Program-made: the position numbers and the translations under genes
Shown here: in pieces, positions 29,756 through 39,860 of the stretch
Layout: every line of letters starts with the position of its first letter
Position numbering within the stretch: position 1 is the first letter of the stretch
Assembly: GCA_965249575.1 (NCBI GenBank)
Contig: OZ252244.1
Location: forward strand, 288,001-352,000
Direction: 5' to 3'
Length of the DNA: 64,000 bases
Source of the DNA: Gemmatimonadales bacterium
GTDB taxonomy: Bacteria; Gemmatimonadota; Gemmatimonadetes; Gemmatimonadales; GWC2-71-9
The notes under the pieces: model-generated
What the model was told of the DNA's origin: nothing
The model's database searches: none
The model's input: only the letters and a program-made list of their open reading frames with translations

Positions 29756-30122
29756 CTTCCTCCTTTGCCTTGCACTTGATGCAAAGCCGGGCGTGCGGAA
29801 GGGCATCGAGGCGCTCATAACCGATATCATCCCCACATTCGTGACACTTGCCGAACTTGGCCGGCGTTGCGTATAGCCGCCTGAGCGCTTCGTTCACGTG
29901 CCAGAAGTAGCGCCCCTCCTGTGACGCGAACAAGAACTGCTTCTCGCGCTCCATGGCGTCGGTGCCCTGGTCGGCCATGTGAAACGAATAGGATGATAGA
30001 TCCCCATCAGATCCTTGAAGCGTCGCGCTGAAGGATTCATCGTAGTGGCCGAGTTCCTTTATGACCCGTGCACGCTCCTCGAGAAGGCGTTTCTCGAAGT
30101 GAGCGAGCTGTTTCTTCTTCAT
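29739..30122 (-). CDS. DksA/TraR C4 zinc-finger protein
   Basis: Coiled coil with HMADQGTD tip, CHEC...RL..LP...LCIKC. Confidence 0.93.
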   Translation of the reverse strand: MKKKQLAHFEKRLLEERARVIKELGHYDESFSATLQGSDGDLSSYSFHMADQGTDAMEREKQFLFASQEGRYFWHVNEALRRLYATPAKFGKCHECGDDIGYERLDALPHARLCIKCKAKEEDGNRR

Positions 30123-30155
30123 CTGTCAGTTGCCTTCCGCAGAGTGTCCAGCGTG

Positions 30156-33100
30156 CTACCCGTCGGCCTTCGCGTCATGCCGCTTGAGGGAGATGACTAC
30201 CCGCTTGCCGTCGATCTCCATTTCCTCCCGCAGATCCGCGCCCGGGAGGTCGCTGGTCGTATCAAACCGCCGGGCCAGCGTTTCACCGGCAATAAAGTTG
30301 TCGAAGGCCTGGGCCGCTGCCAAGACGTCCGGCGAGCCCGTCACGCTCAGGCCAATTCGAGTCGAATAATCGTATCCCGCTTCCTTCCGCAAGCGCTGTA
30401 CCCGATTCACCACTTCCCGCGCCACCCCCTCGGAGGCGAGCTGAGGAGTCACTGCGGGATCCAGAGCGACCACGTAGGGCCCGTCACTCTGCACTAGCCA
30501 ATCAGAGAGCACCTCCCGCTCGACGACAACGTCTTCGGGGCGGTACTCGAATGCCGTTCCCGCCCCAGACTCGAGGCGGACGGCGGCCCCGCTCTCGAGC
30601 CGCCGGAGATCGGCGGCCGTCAGCTCGGCCATCGCCGCGGCAGCATGGGGCGTTCGCTTCCCGTATACCTTCCCGAGGGTCCGGAAGTTCGGCTTCCCCC
30701 TGAGCCGGACCAGGTCGGCGTCGGACGAGTCGACCGTCACCTCCTTGACGTTGACCTCGGCCGCAAGCAAATCCAGCAACTCGTCGAGTGCCGGTCCCCG
30801 AACGCTCGCTGGAACGGCTGCGCGCATCCGGGCAAGCGGCTGGCGCACCCGCAGGCCCGCGGTCTCCCGAGCCGCCCGGGCGAGCGAGGCCAGCCGCCGC
30901 ACGGCGTCCATCCCGGCCGCCACCGCCTCTTCGTTCCGCCCGAGATCTACCGGAAACGGTGCCATGTGGACCGAGGTTCCGAGGAGCCGCTCATGAATCG
31001 CATCGCTGTGGAACGGCGCAGCGGGTGCGAGGAGCCGGGTGGTGGTGACGAGCGCCTCAAGCAATGTGGCGAGGGCAGCCGGATCGGCGGCGCGGTCCGG
31101 GGCCCAGAAGCGGGGTCGGTTCACGCGTACGTACCAATTTGACAAGTCGTCGTCCGCGAACTGCATGATCGCTCGCACACCGGCTGTCACGTCATAGTCC
31201 AACCACGCGCGCCGCACCTTGGCCACCAGCTCGTCCAGCCGCCCCAGCAACCAGCGGTCCACCCGCCCACGCCGTTCGAAGGGCGGCGCAGAGTCCGCGG
31301 TCCAATCGCCTGCATACAGGGCGAAGAAACCGTACGTATTTCGGAGGCGGTTCAGAAACCCCAGCGCGACGTCGGGGATCCCCGAGGGATCGAATCGTTT
31401 CGGAAGCCCGACCTGGCTGGAGGCCAGCAAGTACAGCCGCACCGCGTCCGCCCCGTAGCGCTCGATTACCGCCCACGGGTCGACGAGATTCCCAAGCCGT
31501 TTCGACATCTTGCGGCCCTCTGGATCGAGCACGAGACCGTGGACGATCACGTTCCGGTACGCACCCCGATCCATTACGGTCGCGGCAATCGCCAGGAGGG
31601 AATAAAACCACCCCCGCGTCTGGTCGAGGCCCTCACAGATGAAATCGGCTGGAAAGTGGGAGTCGAACGTGGACTCGTTCTCGAACGGGTAGTGCCATTG
31701 TGCGTAGGGCATCGCTCCCGAGTCGAACCAGGCGTCGATAACCTGCGGTACGCGCGCCATACGCTTCCCACACGCCGGTTCCGGGCAAGGGAACGTGATG
31801 TCGTCGATGTAGGGTTTGTGTGGGTCGAAGTCCTCGGGTAGCGCTCCCTGATCGCCCATCGCCTTCGCCAGCTCGGCGTAGGACCCGATCACCTGTTGGT
31901 GTCCCGGACTGCCGTCGCATCGCCAGACGGGCAAGGGCGTCCCCCAGTAGCGGTCACGGGATAGCGCCCAATCGATGTTGTTGTCGAGCCATTCCCCGAA
32001 GCGGCCCGTGCCGACTTCGGTCGGGTACCAATCGACCGAGCGGTTCAACTCGACCATGCGCTCTTTGACGGCGGTCGTCCGGACGAACCACGACTCACGC
32101 GCGTAGTAGATGAGAGGCGAGTCGCACCGCCAGCAGAAGGGATACGAATGCTCATGTCCCCGAGGCTCGTACCGCCCGAATAGCTTCCCCTCTCTTCGCA
32201 GGCGGTCCGCGATCACGGGGTTTGCATCGAATACGGTCTCGCCGTTGATAGCATCCCATGCGGTATCGATGAACCGTCCAGAAGCATCCACGGGGTTCAC
32301 AAACGCCAGATCATCCCGCTGGACGGTAGCGTAATCGTCCGCCCCGAACGCCGGTGCGAGGTGAACTAATCCAGTTCCTTCCTCTTTGGTCACGAAGTCG
32401 CCTTCCACGACTCGAAAGGCCCGCCCAGCATCGACGGAAACGGCATCCAGCAGCTGTGCATATCGCCGTCCGACCAGATCAGCGCCTCGATACGCGGCGG
32501 TCTGCGGAAAGTCCGCCAGCGGCTTTCCGTGCGTCGCCCCGGGAACCCCGAGCCGGGAGGCGATACTAGCCTCGACGATAACGCGGCGTCCCTCGATGTC
32601 GACTTCGACGTAATCGAGATCCGGATGTACCGCCACCGCGACGTTTGACGGCAAGGTCCACGGCGTGGTCGTCCAGACCAACAGGTGGCGATGGCCTTCC
32701 GCCTCGGTGTCTTCCTGCAGCCGAAACAGTACGTAGATCGACGGGCTTCGGTGGGTCGCATAGCCCAGCGCGAGCTCGTGACTCGACAGCGCCGTGCCGC
32801 ATCGAGGGCAGTAGGGCAGCACCTTCTGCCCTTGATACAGGAGATCCCGTTCGTACAGTCGCTTCAGCAGCCACCACACGCTCTCGATGTACTCGTTCGT
32901 GTAGGTGACATACGCCCGGTCGTACTCCAACCAGTAGCCGATTCGATCCGAGAATGATTCCCAGTCTTGCTTGTAGCGGAAGACACTCTCGCGGCACCGG
33001 CGATTGAACTCGGCGATGCCGAGCTTCTCGATGTCGGCTTTGCTGCTGATCTCGAGGGCTTTTTCTACCTCGATTTCGACCGGGAGGCCGTGCGTGTCCC

Positions 33101-33353
33101 AGCCAGCGATCCTCGTGACTTGCTGGCCCAACATGGTGTGGAACCGGCACACCAGATCCTTGATGGTTCGGGCAAAGACGTGATGTATTCCGGGCTTGCC
33201 GTTGGCCGTCGGAGGACCCTCGTAGAACACGAAGGGCTCCCCGCCGGCACTGGCGTCCAAGGTTTGCCGAAACAAACCCCGCGTACGCCACCGCTCGAGC
33301 ACGTCACGTTCAAGCTCGTCTGAAGTACCTTGCGTCAACGGCTGGTAGCCCAT
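30156..33353 (-). CDS. ileS: Isoleucine--tRNA ligase, type 2
   Basis: EGPPTANGKPGIHH, GWDTHGLP, WTTTPWTL, KMSKR, C-terminal EGVAREVVNRVQRLRK. Confidence 0.97.
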   Translation of the reverse strand: MGYQPLTQGTSDELERDVLERWRTRGLFRQTLDASAGGEPFVFYEGPPTANGKPGIHHVFARTIKDLVCRFHTMLGQQVTRIAGWDTHGLPVEIEVEKALEISSKADIEKLGIAEFNRRCRESVFRYKQDWESFSDRIGYWLEYDRAYVTYTNEYIESVWWLLKRLYERDLLYQGQKVLPYCPRCGTALSSHELALGYATHRSPSIYVLFRLQEDTEAEGHRHLLVWTTTPWTLPSNVAVAVHPDLDYVEVDIEGRRVIVEASIASRLGVPGATHGKPLADFPQTAAYRGADLVGRRYAQLLDAVSVDAGRAFRVVEGDFVTKEEGTGLVHLAPAFGADDYATVQRDDLAFVNPVDASGRFIDTAWDAINGETVFDANPVIADRLRREGKLFGRYEPRGHEHSYPFCWRCDSPLIYYARESWFVRTTAVKERMVELNRSVDWYPTEVGTGRFGEWLDNNIDWALSRDRYWGTPLPVWRCDGSPGHQQVIGSYAELAKAMGDQGALPEDFDPHKPYIDDITFPCPEPACGKRMARVPQVIDAWFDSGAMPYAQWHYPFENESTFDSHFPADFICEGLDQTRGWFYSLLAIAATVMDRGAYRNVIVHGLVLDPEGRKMSKRLGNLVDPWAVIERYGADAVRLYLLASSQVGLPKRFDPSGIPDVALGFLNRLRNTYGFFALYAGDWTADSAPPFERRGRVDRWLLGRLDELVAKVRRAWLDYDVTAGVRAIMQFADDDLSNWYVRVNRPRFWAPDRAADPAALATLLEALVTTTRLLAPAAPFHSDAIHERLLGTSVHMAPFPVDLGRNEEAVAAGMDAVRRLASLARAARETAGLRVRQPLARMRAAVPASVRGPALDELLDLLAAEVNVKEVTVDSSDADLVRLRGKPNFRTLGKVYGKRTPHAAAAMAELTAADLRRLESGAAVRLESGAGTAFEYRPEDVVVEREVLSDWLVQSDGPYVVALDPAVTPQLASEGVAREVVNRVQRLRKEAGYDYSTRIGLSVTGSPDVLAAAQAFDNFIAGETLARRFDTTSDLPGADLREEMEIDGKRVVISLKRHDAKADG

Positions 33354-34183
33354 TAGACCATCCGTTCCATGACCCCCGTGACCAATCGAGTCAGGCCCGG
33401 CTCGGCTCGCTGGGCAGTAGCGATGATCTCCTCGATGTTGGCGGGTTCGAGCGCATCCGGCAGGCAGAGATCCGTGATGATCGACAGCCCGAGCACCCGC
33501 ATCCCCGCGTGCACGGCTACGATGACCTCCGGCACGGTCGACATCCCAACGACATCAGCGCCGATGGCCCGCAAAAAACGGTATTCGGCCGCAGTCTCGA
33601 GGTTGGGACCAGTCACCGCGACGTAGACGCCTTCTCGGAGGACGATCTGTAGCTCGGTGGCGACGCCGCGCGCGACGCCGCGAAGCGCTGGATCGTATGG
33701 CGCCGACATGTCCGGAAACCTCGGGCCCAGCGAGTCGTCGTTTGGTCCGACGAGCGGATTGTCGCCCAGCAAGTTGATATGGTCGGCAATGAGGACGAGG
33801 TCCCCGCGCGCCCAAAGTGGATGCATCCCCCCGCACGCATTCGATACCACAAGCGATCCAGCACCCAGCGCCCGCATGACGCGCACCGGGAACGTGATCT
33901 GCTTCATGGAATAGCCTTCGTACCGGTGGAACCTCCCCTGCATCGCGACGGTGGGTCGTCCTCCCAAACTGCCCAACAGTAGGCGCCCGGCGTGCGTCTC
34001 GACGGTCGAGACGGGGAACTCCGGAATCTCCTGGTAGCTGATTTCCTCCTCGACATCCATCTCACGCGCGAGACCGCCGAGCCCGGTGCCCAGGATCACC
34101 GCGATCTCGGGCTCGAGGGACGACCGGGCGCGGACCGCCGCCACGGCCCTGGCTATCGTGTCCCGCAGTGGCAGATCCGTCAC
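33353..34183 (-). CDS. punA: Purine-nucleoside phosphorylase (trimeric type)
   Basis: ILGTGLG, MQGRFHRYEG, GPNLET, VGMSTVPE. Confidence 0.95.
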   Translation of the reverse strand: MTDLPLRDTIARAVAAVRARSSLEPEIAVILGTGLGGLAREMDVEEEISYQEIPEFPVSTVETHAGRLLLGSLGGRPTVAMQGRFHRYEGYSMKQITFPVRVMRALGAGSLVVSNACGGMHPLWARGDLVLIADHINLLGDNPLVGPNDDSLGPRFPDMSAPYDPALRGVARGVATELQIVLREGVYVAVTGPNLETAAEYRFLRAIGADVVGMSTVPEVIVAVHAGMRVLGLSIITDLCLPDALEPANIEEIIATAQRAEPGLTRLVTGVMERMV

Positions 34184-34668
34184 GCCGTCTCCGGAGGAGT
34201 GCCGTCGCGCTCATGGGCCTCGAGGGCGTCGACCTCTGATAGGTGCCGTTCCAGCAGATTGCGGAGCGCGACCAGGTAGCCGCTGAACTGCCGTTGGGCC
34301 GCCTCAATATCATGGCGGACCGCCGCCTCGGTAGAACGTGCCTCGCGGACAATCTGATCGCCCGACATGTGCGCCTCGCGAATCATCACGTCTGCTTCGC
34401 GTTTCGCCGCCTGCTCGGCGTCGGTCCGGACCTGCTGCGCCAGCACCAACGCGTCGTTCAGAGCCTTCTCCCGCTCTCGAAACACTTTCAATTGTTCGCG
34501 GAAATTGTGTAACCGCTCATCGAGCGCCGCCCGCTCGCGGAGCTGCCGCTCTAGCTCTTCCGCCACCCGCGTCCGGAAATCCTCGACGCCAGCTGGATCA
34601 TACCCGCGAAACACGCGGCGGAACTGCTGGGTTCTGACGTCGACGGGCGTCAAATAGAACTCGTTCAC
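34180..34668 (-). CDS. divIVA: DivIVA domain protein
   Basis: LTPVDV..QQF..VFRGYDP..VEDF plus long coiled coil. Confidence 0.9.
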   Translation of the reverse strand: MNEFYLTPVDVRTQQFRRVFRGYDPAGVEDFRTRVAEELERQLRERAALDERLHNFREQLKVFREREKALNDALVLAQQVRTDAEQAAKREADVMIREAHMSGDQIVREARSTEAAVRHDIEAAQRQFSGYLVALRNLLERHLSEVDALEAHERDGTPPETA

Positions 34669-35372
34669 GCGCGCTCCCCGAAAAGGACCGAGCCAAGTCG
34701 CACCATCGTCGCTCCCTCCGCAACGGCCGATCGGTAGTCTCCGGACATCCCCATCGAGAGCTCGGGAAGGAGGAAACCCGCCGATTCCAGACGCTCGCGG
34801 AGCTCTCGAAGCGACCTGAAGACTCGTCGCTGAGTGCGTTCATCGTCCGTGAATGGGGCCATCGTCATGAGCCCTCCGAGCTCGAGCTCCTCGTGCTGGT
34901 TGACCGCGTGGGCCACTGCCTCAGCATCGTCTGGCTCACAACCACTTTTCTGGCCCTCGCCCGCGACGTTCACCTGCATCAAGACGCGCAGCCGGTCACC
35001 GGCCGCGCCCGCCCCATCGCCGGCCCGGCGCACGGCCGCCGCCAGCGCCCCGGCCACCTTGGCCGAATCCAGCGAGTGCACGCACGCAAACCGACCGGGA
35101 ACGAACTTCGCCTTGTTCGTTTGAAGATGGCCGATGAGATGCCATCGAACCGGTACGTCGCCCGCGAGCCGCTGTTTCTCCACGGCCTCCTGCACGCGGT
35201 TCTCGCCGATGTCCGCGAGACCGGCCCGACAAGCCTCGGCGACGGCCGCCGGGGGCTGCCCCTTCGTCACCCCGATGATCGTCACGGCGCCGGCGATTCC
35301 ATGCGTGGTCTGCGCACGGGCAATTTCGTCCCTGACCCGGGCTAGATTCTCCGGAAGGGCCGTAAAGGACAT
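34665..35372 (-). CDS. yggS: PLP homeostasis protein YggS
   Basis: VTK, GENRVQE, WHLIGHLQTNK, LSMGMSGD, VRLGS. Confidence 0.96.
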   Translation of the reverse strand: MSFTALPENLARVRDEIARAQTTHGIAGAVTIIGVTKGQPPAAVAEACRAGLADIGENRVQEAVEKQRLAGDVPVRWHLIGHLQTNKAKFVPGRFACVHSLDSAKVAGALAAAVRRAGDGAGAAGDRLRVLMQVNVAGEGQKSGCEPDDAEAVAHAVNQHEELELGGLMTMAPFTDDERTQRRVFRSLRELRERLESAGFLLPELSMGMSGDYRSAVAEGATMVRLGSVLFGERA

Positions 35373-35417
35373 AGCTGCTTAACCTAGTTGGCGCGATCGG
35401 CTGCTACAAGCTCGCCG

Positions 35418-37886
35418 CTAGCGATCGGCGACCGCCGCTGCGGTGTCATCCAGAAAGACGTCCTGTGGCACCGTGGACATCCGCCTGAGTAACTCCCCCA
35501 TCTGCGGATTGGGAGAGAGTAAGTAGGCTCGTTGGAGGTTCGCGATGCCCTTCGCGCGATCGCCAAGCAGCTCATAGGCCTGACCCAGGGAAATGAACGG
35601 AAGGCTGAGATTGCTGGCGATGTTCTTCTCAGTCGGCCCGAGGTTCAGCGTGTCCTGCTCGAGCAGCCGGGAGTAGCGATACACCTGCCACGCCAGTGAG
35701 TCGGTCCGGGGCAGGTCGAGCAGCACGCCCAGGACGCCCGGCACCAGGCGCGAGCTGTCGGGGGGAGCATCGGCGTGCAGCCGCAGGGCCAACGCGTGGT
35801 GGGTCAGGTAGTCTCCGAGGCCGACCCAGTTCCCCCGCCCGGCGGTGAGGCTGAAGTACAGGGGGCGCGCGGTCCGGTTCTCCTGAATGAGGCGGAGGAC
35901 CACGATGTCCTTCACATACAGCGGGCTATTTGCGGCATACGTGTGTTGAATGGGTCCAGCCCGGAACGTGTAGTCGGCCGGAAGCAGCTGGGGAGCCATT
36001 CGGTCGATCTCGATATCGGTCAGGCTGTGGAGTGCCGGCGGGGGCATCTCCGGAATCAACGAGGCGAAGTGTTTCACCTGATCTGGCACCAAGGGCCGCA
36101 CCGGATTTTCCCGCAGCTGGCGCACGTACCAACGCGTATTCGCCAGAGACAGGTTCACGACCGAGACGTCACGCCGAATCTCTTCCACTTCCTGCAGATA
36201 CCACAGCGGGAAGGTGTCGTTGTCCCCGTTGGTGAACACGATGCCGTACGGCTCGATGGTCTGGAGCAGATCGTACGCAAAATCGCGGGCTAGCGTAGCT
36301 TCGGGACCGTGGGCGCGGCTGGCCGCGTGGAAGTTCAAGGTGAGTGGAATCAGCGCCGCGACAAAGACCCCCGCGGGTGCGACGTTTAGCACACCGACTC
36401 GTCCGGCCGCACCGCCCAATCGTTTCCTCAATTCCCGATAGAGTCCCGCGAGCCCGATGCCGGCAAACAGCCCCCACACCTGGAACGACACCGTGAAGAA
36501 GTAATCTCGTTCGCGAACCTCGTGCATCTCACCCGAGGGAAATGCCGCCCACCCAAGCGAGAACCCCGGCTTGAAGTTCATGTATCCCATGAGGGCCGGG
36601 CCGGTCGTCAACCAGAGCAATAGCAGAAGCCAGAAGATCGACCGGTCGCGCTCACGCAACAATCGGGCGCCATAGATCCCGAGACTCGTGAACAGCAGCG
36701 TGAACGGGAGGCGAATCGGAGCGAAAACTGGAGTCGTCGGCGCCAGCCCATTCGCCCACTGCCAGTCGAAGTACTGGATGTAGTTCCGTGCCTGCAGCAA
36801 GATCAGCGCAAGTGAGCGCCCAGGGTTTTCGGGGCCGGATGGGTAAATGGGATTGTCGACCGGCGACCGTGCCGGGTACTGCTCCCGACGAATGACTTCC
36901 AAGAGTGCGTCCAACGTCGAGGGGTCGGCCTCGTTGATGAACGGACTGAGCCCAGCCCGCACGTACAGGAAGAAATATGTCGACGCCCCAACCAATGCGA
37001 TCAGGAAGACACTCACCGCGAAGATCAACGAGCCAGCACTCGCCGCGTACGCGGCAGCGACCACGAACATGACCCCGCCGATCGCCAGTAGCGATGTGCT
37101 GCCGAGCCCGGCGCCGATCAACAGCGCCCAGATCCCGGTGAGGACGGCCCATTGCGCCCAGTCGATAGGACGGGCACGCTCGTCCTCGAGCGGCTCGGTC
37201 CGCATCACATGCCACATGTATCCGATCAGCGCCGGCCCCACCAGCAGTGTGAGCAGATGGTTGCCGATCGAGACCGCAGCCAGGTACACAATGAGGAGCA
37301 GGATATGTGGCGCACGGTACGTCCCCCGTGCCTTGCGCCACGCCCAGGCCAGCCACACGATGGCGCTGATGCTGAACGCTGCCACCATGTACACCTCGGT
37401 CTCGTTCGAATTCTGCCACACGGTGAAAGCGAAGGCGGACAAGAGCGCGGCGGCCGTCGCGCCGCCGATGCGGAAGATCGGGTCGGCCGTTTCCTCACGG
37501 TGCTGGCCGTGCCCGGCGAGCGCCTGCGCGACAACCAGGAAGAACCACGCTGCGGCCGCTGCGCTGAACGTGGCGGTCATTAGGTTTGTGCGGTACGCGT
37601 ACTCCCCGATGCGAACCAGGTCGGCCCACACGTGGCCGAGCAGCACGAACAGCGGCGTACCGGGCGGGTGGGGGATGCCGAGGATTTTCGCCGTCGCGAT
37701 GAACTCGCCCGCGTCCCAGAACGTGACAGTGGGGGCAAGCGTCCACACGTATCCGGCCAGCACGGTGATGAAAACGCCCAGCGCCGGCAGGTATGGGGGG
37801 CGATCGGCCGGATGGGCCGTGCCGGCGCCGCGGTGAGGGTTGGGAGTCGCTGGTGGCCCCCCCTCGAGATTGTCCGCGCCCGTCAC
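35418..37886 (-). CDS. DUF2723/TMEM260-like membrane glycosyltransferase (putative protein O-mannosyltransferase)
   Basis: TLAPTVTFWDAGEF, GIPHPPGTP, ERDYFF, TNGDNDTFPLWY; start at GTG 37886 (GTGA overlap). Confidence 0.85.
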   Translation of the reverse strand: MTGADNLEGGPPATPNPHRGAGTAHPADRPPYLPALGVFITVLAGYVWTLAPTVTFWDAGEFIATAKILGIPHPPGTPLFVLLGHVWADLVRIGEYAYRTNLMTATFSAAAAAWFFLVVAQALAGHGQHREETADPIFRIGGATAAALLSAFAFTVWQNSNETEVYMVAAFSISAIVWLAWAWRKARGTYRAPHILLLIVYLAAVSIGNHLLTLLVGPALIGYMWHVMRTEPLEDERARPIDWAQWAVLTGIWALLIGAGLGSTSLLAIGGVMFVVAAAYAASAGSLIFAVSVFLIALVGASTYFFLYVRAGLSPFINEADPSTLDALLEVIRREQYPARSPVDNPIYPSGPENPGRSLALILLQARNYIQYFDWQWANGLAPTTPVFAPIRLPFTLLFTSLGIYGARLLRERDRSIFWLLLLLWLTTGPALMGYMNFKPGFSLGWAAFPSGEMHEVRERDYFFTVSFQVWGLFAGIGLAGLYRELRKRLGGAAGRVGVLNVAPAGVFVAALIPLTLNFHAASRAHGPEATLARDFAYDLLQTIEPYGIVFTNGDNDTFPLWYLQEVEEIRRDVSVVNLSLANTRWYVRQLRENPVRPLVPDQVKHFASLIPEMPPPALHSLTDIEIDRMAPQLLPADYTFRAGPIQHTYAANSPLYVKDIVVLRLIQENRTARPLYFSLTAGRGNWVGLGDYLTHHALALRLHADAPPDSSRLVPGVLGVLLDLPRTDSLAWQVYRYSRLLEQDTLNLGPTEKNIASNLSLPFISLGQAYELLGDRAKGIANLQRAYLLSPNPQMGELLRRMSTVPQDVFLDDTAAAVADR

Positions 37887-38686
37887 GACGCGGTGGCGCC
37901 CTCGGCGGCCGCCGGCAGGGTGAGCGTTCCCGTGTGCCGACCGGCCAACACTTCCCGGACCTCCGCCGGGGACACACCTGACTGCAGCCGTCCACGGCTC
38001 GCAAATGAGATCTTCGATGTCTCCTCGGAGACCACGACGACAAGGGCATCGGTCTCTTCGGAAAGCCCCAGCGCGGCCCGGTGTCGCGTGCCCAGCGACC
38101 GATCGGCCACCGGAAACTGCGTGAGCGGGAGGACACATCCTGCTCCGACAATCTGATTCCCACGCACCAACACGGCACCGTCGTGCAGCGGGGAGTAGGG
38201 TGTGAATATGGTGGTGAGGAGGTCAGCTGAAACGACGGCCTGCATCTCGGTACCTGATTGGAGGTAGTCGTTCAGAACCACGTCGCCTTCGACCGCGATG
38301 ATGGCCCCTGTGCCGCTCCGTGCAAGTCGGTCAACTGCATCGGCGATCTCTTCCGCCGCCGAGTGCTTTCCGGCCCCGCCGAAAAAGTTGATCGCCCGCG
38401 TGCGGCCGAGGTTCGCGAGCGCGTTACGCAGCTCGGGCTGAAAAACCACCACGGCTGCGAACGCACCGTACGTAAACGCAACCCCCAGCAGCGTCGCGAT
38501 CATGTTGAACTTGAGAATCAACGCAGCGAAGTACACGACGCCCAGAACGATCAAGCCGACGAGTATCTGGAGTGCGCGCGTGCCGGCGAGGAACAGGAGC
38601 AACCGATAGATGATGAACGCGACCAGGAAAATCTCGAGCGCGTCGAGCCAGTCGGGGATGAGAAAGCTGAACTGTTCGAGCGGCAT
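37883..38686 (-). CDS. cdaA: Diadenylate cyclase CdaA
   Basis: Three N-terminal TMs, FQPELR, PLHDGA, GTRHRAA, VSEET. Confidence 0.95.
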   Translation of the reverse strand: MPLEQFSFLIPDWLDALEIFLVAFIIYRLLLFLAGTRALQILVGLIVLGVVYFAALILKFNMIATLLGVAFTYGAFAAVVVFQPELRNALANLGRTRAINFFGGAGKHSAAEEIADAVDRLARSGTGAIIAVEGDVVLNDYLQSGTEMQAVVSADLLTTIFTPYSPLHDGAVLVRGNQIVGAGCVLPLTQFPVADRSLGTRHRAALGLSEETDALVVVVSEETSKISFASRGRLQSGVSPAEVREVLAGRHTGTLTLPAAAEGATAS

Positions 38687-38687
38687 A

Positions 38688-39860
38688 TCAGACGGACGCC
38701 ACGGCGTGAGCGACGGCGAGCGCATCGACCGCCGGACCCACGCTGTGTACCCGGAACAGGCGCGCGCCGAGCCAGTACGCCGTGACGCACGCGCCCACCG
38801 TGGCGGGATCCCGCTGAGTTACCCCCTTCCCGGTCGCCGCTTCCAGAAAACGCTTTCGGGACGGACCTACCATGACCGGTTGGCCCAGCGACGCTACCGA
38901 GGAGAGTCGTGACAGAAGTTCGAAGTTCTGCTCCGGGCGCTTGGCAAAACCGAATCCCGGGTCTAGCGCCAGCTTGGACACCGCGACTCCGCGGGATCGA
39001 GCCCTGTCGACGGACTCACTGAGCTCCTGTGCCACGTCTCCCGCGACGTTCCGATAGGTCGCGTGAACATAGGTTGCCATGTCCTCAACTGAGCCGCGGG
39101 AATGCATGAGTGCGAGGCCGGCTCCATGCTCGGCACAGGCGTCGGCGATCCCGGGGTCGAGACGGAGTCCCGAGACATCGTTGATTGCCCACGCACCCGC
39201 GTCTAGGGCACGCCGCGCCGTTTCGGACTTGACCGTGTCGACGCTCAGCGGAACGTCGGGAAACCGACGGACCAGCTCGCCGAGCACCGGCGCCAGGCGT
39301 TCCCACTCCTGTGTCGCGAGCACGGGGTCGGGTCTGCCGGGCCGCGTGGACTCCGCTCCCACATCGAGCATTCCTGCCCCCTGGCGCAGCATTTCCTCCG
39401 CGTGCTCGAGCGCCGCGGCCGTCTCTGCATAGCGGCCGCCGTCGCTGAAGGAGTCTGGCGTGAGGTTCAGGATTCCAACGACGACTGGGCGCTCCAGGGA
39501 CAGGGAGCTCCGGGCAAGATCCCAACTCGCAGGCGGATCGAAGACCGGGGCGAGGAACCGGCCGAGATTCTCAAGGACGTCGGTCGGCAAACCCAGGGCG
39601 TCCGCCCTCGTGAGGCTCGCGACCGACGACGCGCTTCCAGCGACGAGGGCCCAGCCGTCACCCGTGAGGCACTGCATGCCGCGCTCCCGCGCGGCGTGGG
39701 CCACGCCGTCGCGTGTAAAGCTGTTGAGATCGTCGAGCAGGAGCGCCACCGGTTGGAGCCCAGCAGCTACCGCCTCAGCTCGTACGGCATCTACACCCCG
39801 CCGCACCAGCGCGCCCCGAACCGCGGAGGGACTGTGCGAGGCGAGGTGGATGACACTCAC
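38688..39860 (-). CDS. folP: Dihydropteroate synthase with N-terminal extension
   Basis: GILNLTPDSFSDGG, GAESTRPG, DPGFGFAK, SRKRF, RVH. Confidence 0.95.
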   Translation of the reverse strand: MSVIHLASHSPSAVRGALVRRGVDAVRAEAVAAGLQPVALLLDDLNSFTRDGVAHAARERGMQCLTGDGWALVAGSASSVASLTRADALGLPTDVLENLGRFLAPVFDPPASWDLARSSLSLERPVVVGILNLTPDSFSDGGRYAETAAALEHAEEMLRQGAGMLDVGAESTRPGRPDPVLATQEWERLAPVLGELVRRFPDVPLSVDTVKSETARRALDAGAWAINDVSGLRLDPGIADACAEHGAGLALMHSRGSVEDMATYVHATYRNVAGDVAQELSESVDRARSRGVAVSKLALDPGFGFAKRPEQNFELLSRLSSVASLGQPVMVGPSRKRFLEAATGKGVTQRDPATVGACVTAYWLGARLFRVHSVGPAVDALAVAHAVASV

